Shown here: in pieces, positions 13,290 through 26,675 of the stretch
How the letters are laid out: each line of letters starts with the position of its first letter
How positions within the stretch are numbered: the stretch's first letter is position 1
Assembly (NCBI GenBank): GCA_028534125.1
Contig: CM052816.1
Location: forward strand, 92,320,001 to 92,384,000
Source of the DNA: Lama glama
Taxonomy: Eukaryota
Direction: 5' to 3'
DNA length: 64,000 nucleotides
The notes under the pieces: generated by a model
Databases searched by the model: none
What the model saw: the letters and a program-made list of their open reading frames with translations, nothing else
What the model was told of the DNA's origin: nothing
Position numbers and translations under genes: made by a program

Positions 13290-13722
13290 TGCCTCAAGTC
13301 AAGTTGGTAAATTGTGTTGCTCAAATATTTTTTTTATACGCACTGATTTTTTTTCCTGCTTATTCTATCTGTTACTGAGAGACGTGTGCTGTTGGCATCT
13401 GTAACTCTGCCATGGATTGGTATTTCTCCTTTTAGTTCTGCTAGCATTTGCTTCATAGTTTAAAGCCAAGTTATTCAGTGTATACAATTTAATATCGTTA
13501 TCTGCTTCTGTTGAATAGCCTACGTTATCAGTGAGAGCTGTCCCTCTTTTCCTACAGTAGACCTTAGGTTATAGTCTACTTGGTTTGATACTAAAATAGC
13601 CACGACAGCCTCTGTTGGCCAGGATTTGTGTGGTATATTTTTCTCCTTTTTTTTTTTGGTTTCACATTCAGCCTATCTGTGTCTTTTTATTTAAAGTGTG
13701 TCATTTATAAAAAGCATGTAGG
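13290..13722 (-). mobile_element. Old L1M ORF2 fragment
   Basis: T-rich antisense L1 ORF2-like sequence (ttctatctgttactgagagacgtgtg, tttctccttttagttctg). Confidence 0.6.
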
Positions 13723-14023
13723 AATAGACTGGGATTTTAAAATTGTAGAATAGATAAACAAGATTACACTGTATAGCACAGGGAAATATACACAAAATGT
13801 TATGATAACTCACAGAGAAAAAAATGTGACAATGAGTGTGTATATGTCCATGAATGACTGAAAAATTGTGCTGAACACTGGAATTTGACACAACATTGTA
13901 AAATGATTATAAATCAATAAAANNNNNNNNNNNNNNNNNNNNNNNNNNNNNNNNNNNNNNNNNNNNNNNNNNNNNNNNNNNNNNNNNNNNNNNNNNNNNN
14001 NNNNNNNNNNNNNNNNNNNNNNC
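13723..14023 (+). mobile_element. Young 5'-truncated L1 3' end whose tail runs into an assembly gap
   Basis: ctgtatagcacagggaaatatac…caacattgtaaaatgattataaatcaataaaa. AGCATGTAGG duplicated at 13713-13722 and 14024-14033. Confidence 0.8.
13923..14022. other. Assembly gap (100 N)
   Basis: Run of N. Confidence 1.
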
Positions 14024-14082
14024 AGCATGTAGGTTGCTTCTCATTGACCATCTTCATCTTTTCATTGCAGCGACTGGTCTAG

Positions 14083-14762
14083 GTGTGTTTCCTAGGACTG
14101 CTGTAACAAGACATGACAAACTGAACGACTTAAAGCAACAGAAATCCATTCTCTCAAAGGCATGGCTGCTAGAAGTCCAGAATCAAGGGGTCAGCAGGGC
14201 CACGCTTCCTTGGAAGTCTCTACGAAAGAATGCCACCTCGTCCGTCCTATTTCTGACGGTTGGGGCAGTTCTCGGCGTGCCTTGGCTTGTGGCAGAATAA
14301 TGCCAGAATAATGCCAGTCTTTGCCTCCGCTGGCCTCTGCCTCTTCCCTGTGTGTCTCCTCTGTTTCTGGGTCCAAATGCCCCCTTCCTCTTAGGACACC
14401 AGTCGCTGGATTTAAGACCCACGCTAATCCATTGTGACCTCATCTTAACTTTTTCTTAAAATATATGTTGCATATAGCACTGTATAAGCTTAAAATGCAC
14501 AACAAGATGATTAACAAATATTGTGAAATAATGACCACAATAAGTTTAGTTAACAACCATGACCTAATACGGATAACGAAACAAACAAACAAACAAGTTT
14601 TTTTCCCTTGTAATGAGAATTCCTAGCATCTACTTTCTTAAACTTCATCTTAACTTAATTACACCTGCAAGGACCCTATTTCCAAATAATGCCGTCCATA
14701 TTCACAGGTCCCAGGGGCGTGGAGCATATCTTTTGGTAGGTATGCAGGTCAACACCCCACAG
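14083..14762 (-). mobile_element. MLT1 (MaLR) LTR interrupted by an L1 3' fragment (14452-14644, minus)
   Basis: MLT1 motifs tttcctaggactgctgtaacaa and gaccctatttccaaataa…atattcacaggt. The L1 is flanked by a 12-bp TSD TCATCTTAACTT (14440-14451, 14645-14656). Confidence 0.85.
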
Positions 14763-15500
14763 CCCATTTATGACTGACAATTACTAATACTGCCAACAGC
14801 AGAGATCAAAGCATGGGGCGAGAGTTTCCGGGTGGCCGCTTACCTTGGTTAGGACAGATCTTACAGCTCAGTGCTGGAACTAAGTTGTCCTTTAGAATGA
14901 ATCAAGTCAAAATAAGTGTGCTCTTATCATGCTGGAGTGGTTAGAAAGTGATTGCCTTTCCAGTATTTTGTAAAGTGATTGTCAGATGCTTTTATATTCT
15001 AGAAGGTTCTCCAGTGTGTCTTACTGCTACTGTGCTTCCTGGCCTTCATTTTTGTCTTTTTGGCTGGCTCAAGCTTCTCTCCCTTCTCCCTACCCCCCAC
15101 CCTCCTCCCTCTCACCAGGGTTTTCCATACAAAGGATTGACCAGCTCAAGCGCTATTCTTCCGGTCAAACACCTACAAAACCATTTTACAGACGTTGATG
15201 GTCTAGAAAATGGGGAGTTTATGATCATTGTGGCCCTGTGAGCAAAGAAGAAAAGGGGAGTCAGCTGTGTCTGCTGGAGAAGCCAATAACCATATCTGTC
15301 TGCAATAATCACATACAGAATAAAAACTCTCAGTCTGGTTTTTGAAGCTCCCACCACCTCGGCCCATGCGGTCTTCCAACCTAACTCTCCAGGGTTCACC
15401 ACTAGGAGCCCTACGTCCCACCTGCCCACGTGACCCCCGTGGAGAAAGCCTGGGCTCTCATACACAGGCTGCTTCATTTTCCAGGAATGCACCCCTCTAC

Positions 15501-16110
15501 TTTTTTTAAAAAATGATATTCTTTACTGAAGTGTAGTTGATTTACAATTTAGCTTCAGGTGTACAGCAAAGCAATTCAGTTATACATTTACATACATACA
15601 TATTTTTTCAGTTTCTTTTCCACTGCAGCTGCTTACAAGGAATTATAGTTCCCTCTGCTATGCAGTAAGTAGGTCCTTTTTGTTTACGTGTTTTATATAT
15701 AGTAGTTTGTATCTGCTAATCCAAACTCCTAATTTATCCATCCCCTCCTTTCCCCTTTGGTAACCATAGTTTGTTTTCTATGTCTGTGAGTCTATTTCTG
15801 GTTTGAAATAAAATTTGTATCTTTTTTTTTGATTCCACATCTAAGTGATATTAAACAATATTTGTCTTTCTCTGTCTGACTTACTTCACTTAATATGATA
15901 ATCTCTAGGTCCATCCATGTTGCTACAAATGGTGTTATTTCATTTTTTATGGCTGAGTAGTATTCCATTGTGTGTGTGTGTCCAATTATCTGTTGATGGA
16001 CCTTTAGATCGCTTCCATTTCCTGGCTATTGTAAATAGTGCTGCTATGAACACTGGGGTGCCTGTGTCTTTTCAAGTTATCATTTTCTTTGGGTATATGC
16101 CCAGGAGTAC
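15501..16110 (-). mobile_element. 5'-truncated L1 (ORF2 C-terminus plus 3' UTR)
   Basis: Poly-T start, gacttacttcacttaatatgataatctctaggtccatccatgttgc, gctattgtaaatagtgctgctatgaac. TSD CCCCTCTAC at 15492-15500 and 16111-16119. Confidence 0.92.
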
Positions 16111-18214
16111 CCCCTCTACATCTTGAGGTGCCCTAATCTTAATTTCTGAGATAGCACATGTTTTCCAGTCCTCTTCCTAGACCACATCCCCAAAGGCTCG
16201 GTGCAGAGAGCACACATTCCATGAAGCTGCCTCCATACCCCAGCTCAGAGAAACTGCCCTTTCTTGCTGCTGTGTCTCTCTCCGGCACATCATCATTTTC
16301 TACCTATTATTAGAATTATGCATGTACGCATCTTACATCCCATCTAGATTGTAAGCACCCTAAGAACAGAGGCTCCGCCTTCCCTGTCATCACGTTGCCA
16401 GATCTCCTGCATTTTCCTGGGAGACAGACACTGAGAGTATTTGCTTGGTTTATTCAAGGGAGAGATTATGAACACTTCAATCTTATCCTCGCCCACAAAT
16501 GAATAAAGACACCATGTAAATTTAGGCTCAATTTCAGGGTCAGGTCTCTCATGGTGAAGGAATATTCCTGAACCATTCTCTCCTTTGCTAGCCAGAAGTC
16601 CTTTTCTCCTTATAATTATTGAAAAATATATGGGTGTGAAAAGCTATCAGGTTTGATTCTTGATCACTACTAATTTCAACAAGAGCTGGATCGGAAGAAA
16701 AAAGCAGTTATACGACAGACATAATAAAGCCACACTCCACAGCAGGATAACCCTGTTCTAATCACGTGCGGTCCTTCTGATGTTGCCCTAATGGTTGTTA
16801 TCTCGTAAAGGTGGCTTTTTAACTTTTGAGCTACTTAGCAATGAGGTATAGCTTTATTATCTCGAAGGCGAATTCTGCTTGCCTGGAAAGTGTGTCAAGA
16901 GTTTATTAGGTGCTGCGATTCATGACTCATGGAGGGGACCATAAAAACGAGGTCCGCCGCACACCAAGCCCTTTCTGGAGTCGTGGTGCGTGCTTAACTG
17001 TGTCTACACTTTGTGATCTACTGCTTTACACACGGATACTTTTTTGGTAGTCGTGGGTTCCAGATCAGTTGTCAGATAGGGCTGAATGCCGTGAAGCTTG
17101 GATAAGGAGAGGATGGCAATTGCCTGTATTTATCTTGTCAGTCATTCTCATCACCAGACGGTGATATGAACACAGTGAGAAAGAGATCCTGCGAGACTCT
17201 TCTTTCTGAATTAGAGAAACTGTAAGAAACTGGCCCATTTCTGATCATTTTGTAGGAGTTTTGTTGGCTGTGCTTGTTTTGATTTGGAATTTCACTTTGA
17301 GGTAGATAGATGAACAAGTAAACTCTGACCTCCCCATTCTGTTATCTTCTCTCCACGTACTTGCTCGTTCAAGATTATTCCAGATATGCCCATTATTTAA
17401 GACTTGCTTTCTCTAGCCTCTGTTCTCACAAGATGATTCTGATTCACTCAGTGCTCCAGAGGTCATGGGAGATTGTCTCATCTTCTTGTTAGGAACACCG
17501 GGTATTCAGTCTTACCTACTCAGTTCAGCTCTATAATGCTCCAGGCAGGCTTGTGAAGAATACAGAGATGAATCAGTAGTCCTGGCCCCCAGGACTAGGT
17601 GACTGGTTCAGATGCTTCCAAGCTAGCTAATTAGAGGACCCGGAGCAGCTGCCCATGAACTGAAAGCAGCAGATAGATGGCTTGGCTGGCAGCTCAGAAG
17701 CCGTGGACCGAACGGCGCTGCTGCTGGTGGGAGTGGAAATGATGGGCCCTGGGACTGGCCCAGGTCCTGGGGGGACCATCCTCTCAACTGTGACAGGTGA
17801 TGGGCTGCTTGGCTGCAGGAAGGAGCCCTGGACTTGGAGCCTGAGTGTAAAACCAGCAAGCCATCTGATGCCTCTGAGCTCTGGTTTTTGTCTGGGAAAC
17901 AAACAAACAAACAAAACCCCCAAAACCCCAAAACAAAAAATACAACAGACTTACAGGTTATTTGGGAATATAAATGAGATCATGGGCATAAATGCAAGTA
18001 AATTATATTAAACTTCAGTGTGTTACGTAAGTAACATAATCATGCAGTTATAAGTCAGATGCCTCTGGGGCAGCCCTGCACTCTCTTCCACAACTATTAT
18101 TCTTTAATGCGTGGACGTGAGAAATGAATGCAAAGAAATGAAGGTAAACATCAATCCAAGTCAGTAAGAAGGTTTCGACGCTGGTCACTTCCAGTCCAGT
18201 GGTGTCTTTTGTTC

Positions 18215-18560
18215 ACCAAGGGAAAAAGAGGACACTAATGAACTCATCTACAAAACAGAAGCAGACTGGCAGACATAGAAAATGATCTTATGGTTACTGG
18301 GGGAAACGGGGTGAGCAGAGATAAATTTGGGAGTTTGAGATTTGCAAATATTAGTTAGCCATTATATGTAAAAATAGATTTTAAAAAATTTCATCTGTAT
18401 AGCACAGGGAACTATATTCAGTATCTTGTAATAACCTTTAATGAAAAAGAATATGAAAAACAAATATATGTATATATATATATACGCAAGACTGGGACAT
18501 TGTGCTGTATACCAGAAATTGACACATTGTAACTGACTGTACTTCAACTGAAAAAGAAAA
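18215..18560 (+). mobile_element. L1 3' end
   Basis: aatgaactcatctacaaaacagaa…ctgtatagcacagggaactatattcagtatcttgta…A-rich tail. Confidence 0.9.
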
Positions 18561-18573
18561 ATTAGGCCAGAGC

Positions 18574-18738
18574 ATTGCTTCTCAAACCTGAAATGTATTT
18601 ACCCATCCACTGGGGAGCTTGTGGAAATACAGTGCGTCATTTAGCAGCTCTTGGCTGGGGCCCAAAATTCTGCATTTCTAGCAAGTTCCCAGGTGATGCA
18701 GATAACGCTAGGTAGAGGACCTCACTTTGAGTAGCAAG
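18574..18738. mobile_element. MER5A-like hAT MITE
   Basis: cattgcttctcaaac…ttctgcatttctagcaagttcccaggtgatgc…cactttgagtagca. Confidence 0.8.
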
Positions 18739-19384
18739 GGGCAAGATAACATCCTGGAATTCAGTCACTCAAGCACTCTGGACTTCTCCAAAGATCTATG
18801 CTCAGGATTTCCCCAAAACTATCAGCTGTAATTTCTCTTTCCTTTTTTCACTGAAAACTCATCTTCTTTGGGTCAGAATTTACAGAGAAGAATGTTGTTA
18901 GGGCAACCCAAACAGAATGGAGGCAGTAAGGCAGAGGGAAATTACTGCTTTGATGAGAACCATTTCTTCAACCATAAACATGCTGACCCGGGGGCTTCTG
19001 TCCACCAGATTTAATCTGCACATTTCAGGTATCGCACTACAGGTCAGTCCAGTTCTCATCTGAGAGCCTAGTGATTCTTTGTATCTTTTCTTTCCTTTTA
19101 ATTGTATATTCATTAAGATTTTGCTCTGACCTCACCTCCTCTTCTTCTGTTTTCTTTGTCCTCTACAAGGCGTCCAAGCTCTGTCTCCACTCTAGCACTG
19201 GTTTCACTGTATCTGGCCATCCTTTTTGGATCTTCTCCTTTAAACTGTGAGCTCCTTGTAGGAAAAGATGGCGACTTCTGACTCTGTGTCTCAGGGGTCT
19301 TGAGCAATGTCTGGTGTGTTAATACACAACCCCAGCTGTAGCAACAGTTGTCCATACAGAAGTCTAGTTTGTTGAAACAAAGAC

Positions 19385-19570
19385 CCTTCGCTAGTCCTCA
19401 TTTAATCCTCTTAAGAACTCAGTGAATTTCTGTCCTCTTCCTCTCGTAGATGTGGCAATGGAAGCTTAGAAAGGGTAAGTGGCATGTGTAAGGTTAGCCA
19501 GCTGGCAGGTGGTGGAGCTGGGCCTTGAATGAAGGTATGTCTGGCTTGACAGTCCAAGTTCTTTCTAACC
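19385..19570 (-). mobile_element. MIR SINE
   Basis: ctcatttaatcctc…gaagcttagaaagggtaagtggc…ggtggagctggg. Confidence 0.7.
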
Positions 19571-20021
19571 TCTTTGGAATGACTGAATGAATAAATGCAC
19601 TCCCGGTGACCTTTATGTTAACCACGACCTGCAAAGTGTAGGTGGCTAATCATAGCGTTGGCCGGACGTGTCGACATCCAGAGTGATGACTCCCGAGGGC
19701 TGGTCCCCAGGCCAGCGCCAGCTCAGGACCAAAGATTCACCAGTCTTTGATGGGAGGAAAATAGGAACACAAAATTCAATTTATTTCATTAAAGAACTGC
19801 CTTCACGAAGAGATCATGTCCATTCCTTTCTGATATTCAAGTGACCTTCCTTTCACAAGATAATGGAAAGAATAATCAGTAATTATTATTATTATTATTA
19901 ACATTCTTACTTAGCAAAATAGACTGACCCTGCTGAGTTGAAATCCTATTTATTTAGATTTCTGTGAAATCCCAAAGCCTGCAAATAACTTCTCTAGAGA
20001 AAGTTTAGAAGCAATCGAAGT

Positions 20022-20188
20022 GGGGAAGGTATAGCAGTGGTAGAGTGTGTGCTTAGGTAGAGCATGTGTCCTGGGTTCAATCCCTAGCACCTTCATCTAA
20101 ATACATACATACATACATACGTACATACATACGTACATACATAAATTTAATTATCCCCTCCCCCCAGGAAAAAATAAAATAAAATAAA
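20022..20188 (+). mobile_element. Camelid-type tRNA-derived SINE (vic-1-like) with (TACA)n expansion
   Basis: A-box/B-box head (…gtggtagag…gggttcaatccc), C-rich linker, A-rich tail. Homologous to the three other copies in the window. Confidence 0.85.
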
Positions 20189-20794
20189 GGCTACAAAAGA
20201 AGCAGCAGCAGCAATCAACAACAGAGCCCCTACCTGAGGGCAAGTAGGCAAGTGCCTTTAGCGGATGATTTTCGGATTGCAATAAAAATTCCTGTTCGTA
20301 AATATGCTTTTTCCGGCCACATCTAGCTGACCCTAGGCAACTGTTGATAATAAAACCACAAATCCACAAAAGGAATACCCCTTTCATTTGAGCAAAAGAG
20401 TTGCAGGCTTTCTCTTTTAACGAGTTATGTTCAAATGGGCATTCTCTGAGGCACTTGGAGAGCATACACTTCTAAAGACGGAGAGCCAGACGGCTAGAAT
20501 GTCTAGGTAGGGGGCTGAGGAGAGGGAGGGGAACAGGGTACTGCCCAGGAAGGCCCAGGCTGTTCGGTTGGAGGATTGGGCCCTGAACAGAACAGCTGGC
20601 AGAGGCAAGATATGAGGGGCCAGACCAGAGCTCCCACCAGCCCCATAGCTCGGGGCTCCAAGGGTACAGAAAGGATGCTGAGTGCATCCGGAGGGCATAC
20701 GGGCCCCCAGCTCAGCATGGAGAGAATCTTCTCAGCTTGTGCCGGGGACTTCACACTTGCCACTTGTTTTGATCTCCCCAGGGACACTCCAAGA

Positions 20795-20932
20795 TCAGCA
20801 TTACAACTTGCATTTCACAAATGAAGAGACTGAGGCCAAGCAAAATAAATTGCCAAGGTCACATGGCCCGCAAGTGGCAGGAATGAATTTCAGCCCAGGT
20901 AGGTCTGATCCAGGGCACATTCTCTTCCACCA
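20795..20932 (-). mobile_element. MIR SINE
   Basis: catttcacaaatgaagagactgaggcc…ttgccaaggtcacatggc…aagtggcag. Confidence 0.75.
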
Positions 20933-21117
20933 GATTTAGATGCCTGCAAGGAGGGACTGCAAAGCCGGCCATCTCCTCCCCTCTCAAGGATTTCTGCAAA
21001 CTTTTCGCACACATTTGTTCTATTCTCTTAAACGTGGTGGTGTCACAAACTTATATCAGAGGGAAGACTCCACCCTAGGCCTCTGATTCCTTCCCACCAC
21101 TTTAGGGTGTAACACCG

Positions 21118-21733
21118 TGTAGAGGGTTGAATAGTGGCTTCCAAAAAAATATGTCCAAATCCTAAATCCCTGAACCTGTGACTATGACCTTATTTGGAGA
21201 AATGAGTCTTTGCAAGTGTAATTAAATTAAAGATCACAAGATGAGGGGGCAGGTGTAGCTCAAAGTGGTAGAGCCCATGCTTAGCATGCAGGAGGTTCTG
21301 GGTTTAATCCCCGGTACTGCCTCTAAAAAGTGAATAAATAAATAAACCTAATTGCTTCCCTCTCCCCACCCCCCCCCAAAAAAAAACAGAAAAAAAAAAA
21401 AGATCACAGGATGAGATTATCCTGGATTTAAGGTGGGCCCTAAATCCAGGGAAAGTGTCCTTATCAGAAAAAAAGTCAGAAGGAGACTGGAGACACAGGA
21501 AACTCAGGGGAGAAGCCACATGAAGACAAAGGCAGAGACAAGATTTATGACAGGAAGGCCGACAGCCCCCGGGAGCTGGAAGGGACAAGGGAAGGCTCTC
21601 CCCTACTGCACGGTGTGACAACACCCGGATTTCTGACTTCAGGCCTCCAGAACGCAAGAGAATCAATTCCCGTTGTTTTAAGCCCTCAGTTGGTGGTAAT
21701 TTGTTATGGCGGCCCTCAGTAATTCATTCACAC
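21118..21733 (+). mobile_element. MLT1 (MaLR) LTR containing a SINE insertion
   Basis: tgtagagggttgaatagtggc…gaacctgtgactatgaccttatttgga…ggcctccagaac…gttgttttaagcc…tggtaatttgttatggc. Confidence 0.9.
21246..21400 (+). mobile_element. Camelid-type tRNA-derived SINE (vic-1-like)
   Basis: gtgtagctcaaagtggtagagc…ctgggtttaatcccc head and poly-A tail. 15-bp TSD agatcaca(a/g)gatgag at 21231-21245 and 21401-21415. Confidence 0.92.
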
Positions 21734-22544
21734 TGAAAGTCAGGACCTTTTGTTTTGTAATTATGACCCAAGAACTATCACTGCTTAGAGGCTGTAAAAC
21801 TCACCTACTCTAAATCCATTCAATTTTAGATTGGGAATCCCAAATTTGAAAATCGAGGCTCAGACTATTACTGATTTTTAAGAATACACAGTCAGAAAAA
21901 AATAATATATAAAAACTAGGCCAGTACATCAGCTACTTTTTTTCTCAAAAGACGAAAATGCCTTTTCCCACAAAATATTCTGCAGTCAATAGATAACCTC
22001 ATTTAGGGATGAGGGTTACTTAATGCTATTTCTATAGTATCTCAATTAAATTTTCTTAAATGGGCATTAAGCATAAAAGAGGGGAAATGAAAAAAAGAAC
22101 AAACACAAAGACCCTAGATTTCACCCACAAATCTGTTTTGTAGCCTGCAATCTGTCAGTAAAGCCTGCAAGTCTCCTATTATGTTGGGTTTTTTTTTTTT
22201 CCTGGTACAAACACTTTCTATTTTGAGCCTTTTTCCCTTCTCTCTCTCACACTAATAAGAAATTTCAAAAGCAATCATGAGCCCAAACCGAAGATTACTT
22301 AGCAAGACAGGCTTCTCCTAAATGCTCTACATTATCCTCTCTGTCCTCATTTTGAGTCATTCTCTCTGAAGATGCTGATTGCATGATTGAATCTGTCACC
22401 CTCCAAATGGAGTTAAGAAAAGCTTCTTGCGTGGAACACTGTTTACATGGGAGGTGGGGTAAAAAGCCCAGGACTCACAAGTTGGAAGTAGGGAAGGGAA
22501 CGTATGTCTCCAGGATAGCCCAAGGGAGCTTCTGGGTTTAGCAG

Positions 22545-22672
22545 GTGGGAACCTGGACTCCATCCTGACTGTGTGAGCCCCAGCAAGTTACTAAGCCTCT
22601 CTGAGTCTTGGCTTCCTCATTTGGAAAGTGTGAATAATAACAGCCTAAAGTTTTGAGATGAATGAAATAAAA
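22545..22672 (+). mobile_element. MIR SINE
   Basis: ctgtgtgagccccagcaagttactaagcctctctgagtcttggcttcctcatttggaaa. Confidence 0.75.
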
Positions 22673-22899
22673 GTTTCTAAACCCTGTGATCATTTCTCTT
22701 TCCATTTCTTTCAACTTACTCATGCACTTGACATAGTTGGTCTTTCTTGATTGACTGTCAAAATAAGCACTGCCGGTTTCCCTCCTACCTCTTTGAACTC
22801 GCCTCAGCATGTGTCCCTTTCGCAACAAAATGTGGAGTACCTTGGACCTCTTACCTTCTCCCTCCTTTGATGGCCTCATCTGGGATCCTGACTTTCACA

Positions 22900-23810
22900 C
22901 AGCAGTGTTTTGCTGATACCTGAATCTAAGTGTCCAGCCTCCCCTCTGAGCTCCAGACTAATTTAGCTGCTCAGCTCTCTCTGACATCTCCACCTGATGT
23001 GTAAGAAGCATTACAAAGGCAGCACGTCCACACCAAACTCTTGATCTGCTTCTCCAGAGCTGCTCTGCCTCCCATGCTGCCCCTGTCAGTAAATGGTCCT
23101 GCTAGTTTGGGCTCAAGTCAAAACCTGCCTCCTCTCTTGTTCTCCCTGCACATTCCAAACCATCAGCAAATATTTCCACCATAACTTCAGAGCATTTCCA
23201 GAATCCACCACATTTCATCTCCTCCAAGTTACATCATGTCTGCAAGCCATCATCTTCTCCCTCCTAGAAAATTGCAGTAGCTTCCTATCTGGCCTCTCTG
23301 CTTCCACCTTTCCCTCCAACCCAGCCCTTTCTCCACTAAAAAAGCAGTGCAATTCCTTTGAAACCTACATCAAAACACATCCCTGGTCAATCACCTCCAA
23401 GGGCTTCCCCTTTCCACTCGAATCCCTAACTACCCCACTGACCTCATCCCCAACCACTCTCCCCCCTCCTCCCTCCCTCAACATGCCAAGCCCTTCCCCG
23501 GGCTCAGGGTTCTGCTGTTCCCTCTGCCTGGAAAGCAGACATTTAATTGACAGAGTGACTTCCCTGGCCACCCTCTGTCCACCTCTATCCTGTGCTCAGA
23601 TTTTTTTCTTCTTAGGACTAATCTACTTTGTATTATGGATGTGTTTGTTGGCTGTCTCCCTACTAGAACGTAAGCTCTAGGACAGGAAGAACCTCATTGC
23701 ATTCATTGCTGTATCCTTCGCTCCTAGGATGCTGCCTGACACATTAGAAACTGTTGAACAACTGAATAAAGGAACGAATGAATGAACACATGAATTAATC
23801 AATGAATGAG
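22900..23810 (+). mobile_element. L2 LINE 3' part
   Basis: ctctgagctccagact, gacatctccacctgatg, ctagaacgtaagctc, and an (AATG)n tail typical of L2. Confidence 0.85.
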
Positions 23811-25704
23811 GTTCTACAGCTAAAGCACCAAGCCCAGCGTGGTGCATAGTAAATAATTCCTAAATATCACCCACTGCTGTGCTTGTTTGTTTTATTTTTA
23901 ATTATTACTTGCCTGGGTGCTTTACGCAACCCGCCTTTCCTCCTGGCCCTTTGACTTTTCAGACCTCCTCCTGTCCTGCCCAAACCTCTCCATGGGGACC
24001 TCAGAACAGTCAGAAGACAATAATGGAGATCGCCGTGGCAAGAAAGAATGTCAAGGGCAACCCTCTTTTATTGCCACCAAGTTTGGTTCTGCCAGACACA
24101 CAGATAAGGAGGATGGTTGGACAAAACTGTCTTCAAGCACATCTGTCAAATGCCCAGGTTGCGCTGCATCCCGTCTTTTTCATATACCAGCTGAAACATT
24201 AATATTTTCACCTCCAAATTATACCCCCCAGAGTAACTTTGAAAAGCAACCAATGATAGTATCTGGGGTTCAGAAAACACAACCAATCTTACTTTTAATA
24301 ACTATTGTGTTATTTTGAAGGGTACACAAACTTCAATATATAGAATTTTGTGGGGGAAAAGTTAGGTAAACCCTGGGAAATGCAAACCAAATGAACTCGC
24401 CCCATAGTTTGCACTGGAAACTGTTATACAACAGATCTACATCAAATCTAACTTGTTACTGGTCTATACATTTTTTGGAGCTTTTGGCCACATGTTCTGC
24501 ACAGACACGCCTGGCAGAGGGGACCACACACACAGCACATCATGGTAAAAACGCCTTAAAGGGGCTTTGCAGGGTCCTTGGGAACCACTGGTGCAAGGAC
24601 AAGATGCTTTTCTTTCCCACTGGGATGGGGCCTCAGGTAAGCGGCTCCCCTGGCCTGGTGGGCAGCCAAGCCACCTGAGATGAGGCCTGTCAGGGATGCC
24701 CGGCGCCTACAGCTGATAGGATTCGTTAGAGTGTCAGGTTCAGATCAAACGCCACCTGTGGCCCCAGCTCTGGAGGGACCTGGAAAATTACTAACCCCAA
24801 GGCCAAGAGGACTCTGTCTAGGTCCAGAGCCACCAGAGCCCTGATCCTTCCACTGAGCAAAACACTGTTTTGGAGACAAGCTGGCAGGATTCTTGGACAG
24901 AAAGAGACAAAACCACTGACTCAGGAAACCCAGACCCTCGCTGGAGGGTTTCTGGAACATTCTTGGGTGGGGCAATTCACCAAAAAACAAACAGCTGAGC
25001 AGTTCACCTCCACCCGAACCAAGTCCCTCTGTGAACCACCCCAGCCACTGCCAGGCCACTCAGCTACCCTGATGTTGCAGTCTTTCCCTCGGCCACAGGG
25101 ATCACACCCTGGTGTGTCCCCATTCCTGACCTACCAGGACCCGGCCCTGCCTGCTCGCTGCCCTACCTCAGTCCAGCCGGGGGCTGCTTCGCCAGCAGTC
25201 CCTAGATCTGTCTACCTCCGGCGGCCACTCTGGCTCAAACCCTGCATGGATGTGATCGAGCTGGAAGGAGCAGAAGAGAACAGTCGTTGGGAGAACTGGC
25301 TTTGGAATCAGACACCTAAAATCCTCTGTCCCCCATTTTCAGCTGTGCAGACAGAGAAGGACCGCCCCACGAACACCTCTGGGTGCCTTCCTGCATTCTC
25401 ATCTCCTGGCAACAAGGTAGTGGGACCAAGGACTCAGCCCTACCAGGCCAGCTCCCTGATAGAAAGGGGCCACCCCGGAATTCGACTCTCCATGGGACAA
25501 GGAGCCCTCAGGATCTCCAGGTGCCAGCCAGCTGGTCTTTCCCAGCTCTCCCCATCACCTGGCCCCTTGGTTCTGCGGATGTTTATCTCCCTGGGCCAAG
25601 CCACCCTTCCTCTAGAGAAAGAGGGACCCTGGTGGGGTCCCTCTGCAGGAGCACAGCCGCATGGTGGGTGTAGCTGTGCCCCAGCCCAAGAAGACCTCGC
25701 CCCA

Positions 25705-25905
25705 AGATGTGGAGAGACCAGGGGATCCGGCTGGGCATGCCCACCAGATTTGAAAGGCCCAGTAGGAAAAAAAGAATGTAAAGTATCTCATTGATGTGTT
25801 TATACTGATTCCATGTTGTAACAGTGGTATTTTGGATACATTAGGTCAAACAAAATATTTGATTAAAATCAATTTCACCTGTTTTGTTTTGACTTTTTAA
25901 TGAAG
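25705..25905. mobile_element. MER33-like hAT DNA transposon fragment
   Basis: aaaaaagaatgtaaagtatctcatt…attttggatacattagg…attaaaatcaatttcacctgttt. Confidence 0.7.
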
Positions 25906-25999
25906 CCGAATGTGATGGGTTAAACACTGGCACCGAAGAATACCTACTCCCTGGAACCTAAGAACATCACCTGATATGGCAAAAGGTGAGATTCTCTAC

Positions 26000-26675
26000 G
26001 AATCAGATACCCCAGTTCTGCAGAGAGTGGCTGGGCATGACCTCGAGTTGTCTTCTGTTAGGGAAGGAGAGCATACGTTTGCAACTGTAACAGAATAGTC
26101 GGGCTTTGTTAGGCAGAGCCATCTTTGGAACATCGTCTGTACGGGGTGATGTGAGTATGTGCTGCAGAGACTAGGGGCGGGGGCTGTGTGCTGGACAGCT
26201 GTTGGGTTTTCTGCCCAACCTCTCCTCTCTGGGGCTCCCAGTGGTCATTCTGGACAACAGGCCCCCACCCCGTGACTCCTCTGATTTAACCAGGGTAAAC
26301 ACCTGGCCCAAGCTGGCTGACTCAGGGTCCCTTCTGCTGAAATACAGACCTGGGAGCAAAAAGAATCTGATGTCTAAATCTCGGGAGCTGTGGTTGGGCA
26401 CTTTCTAACCACTAGAAAGGCAGAGGATGGACCAGAAGTGCAGAGGATGACAGAGGAGAGAGAGGAGGGCGGGGAGGAGGGAGAGCGGGAAAGGAGAGAG
26501 AAATGGTGATTAGAGACAGAGTCCTGACGGGTTCCAGGCCCTTCCTGAGGACACAGTGCTTTCGGCCTGGGTTCTGTGGGACACACCTGTATCTTCATAA
26601 TAAATCCTTCTTTTCAGCTTTGTCTAGTTTAAGCTGATTTCTCTGACATTCAACCAAAGGAATTCAACTCATACA
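26000..26675 (+). mobile_element. Old ERVL/MaLR-type LTR (boundaries approximate)
   Basis: 3' end aataaatccttctttt…tttctctgacattcaaccaaag…actcataca is MLT1-like. The interior is degenerate. Confidence 0.45.

Noticed and set aside
23093..23680. 195-aa ORF
   Set aside because: Lies wholly within a decayed L2 element.
24967..25794. 275-aa ORF
   Set aside because: GTG start, no domain similarity, GC-rich composition, and it ends inside a MER33-like repeat.
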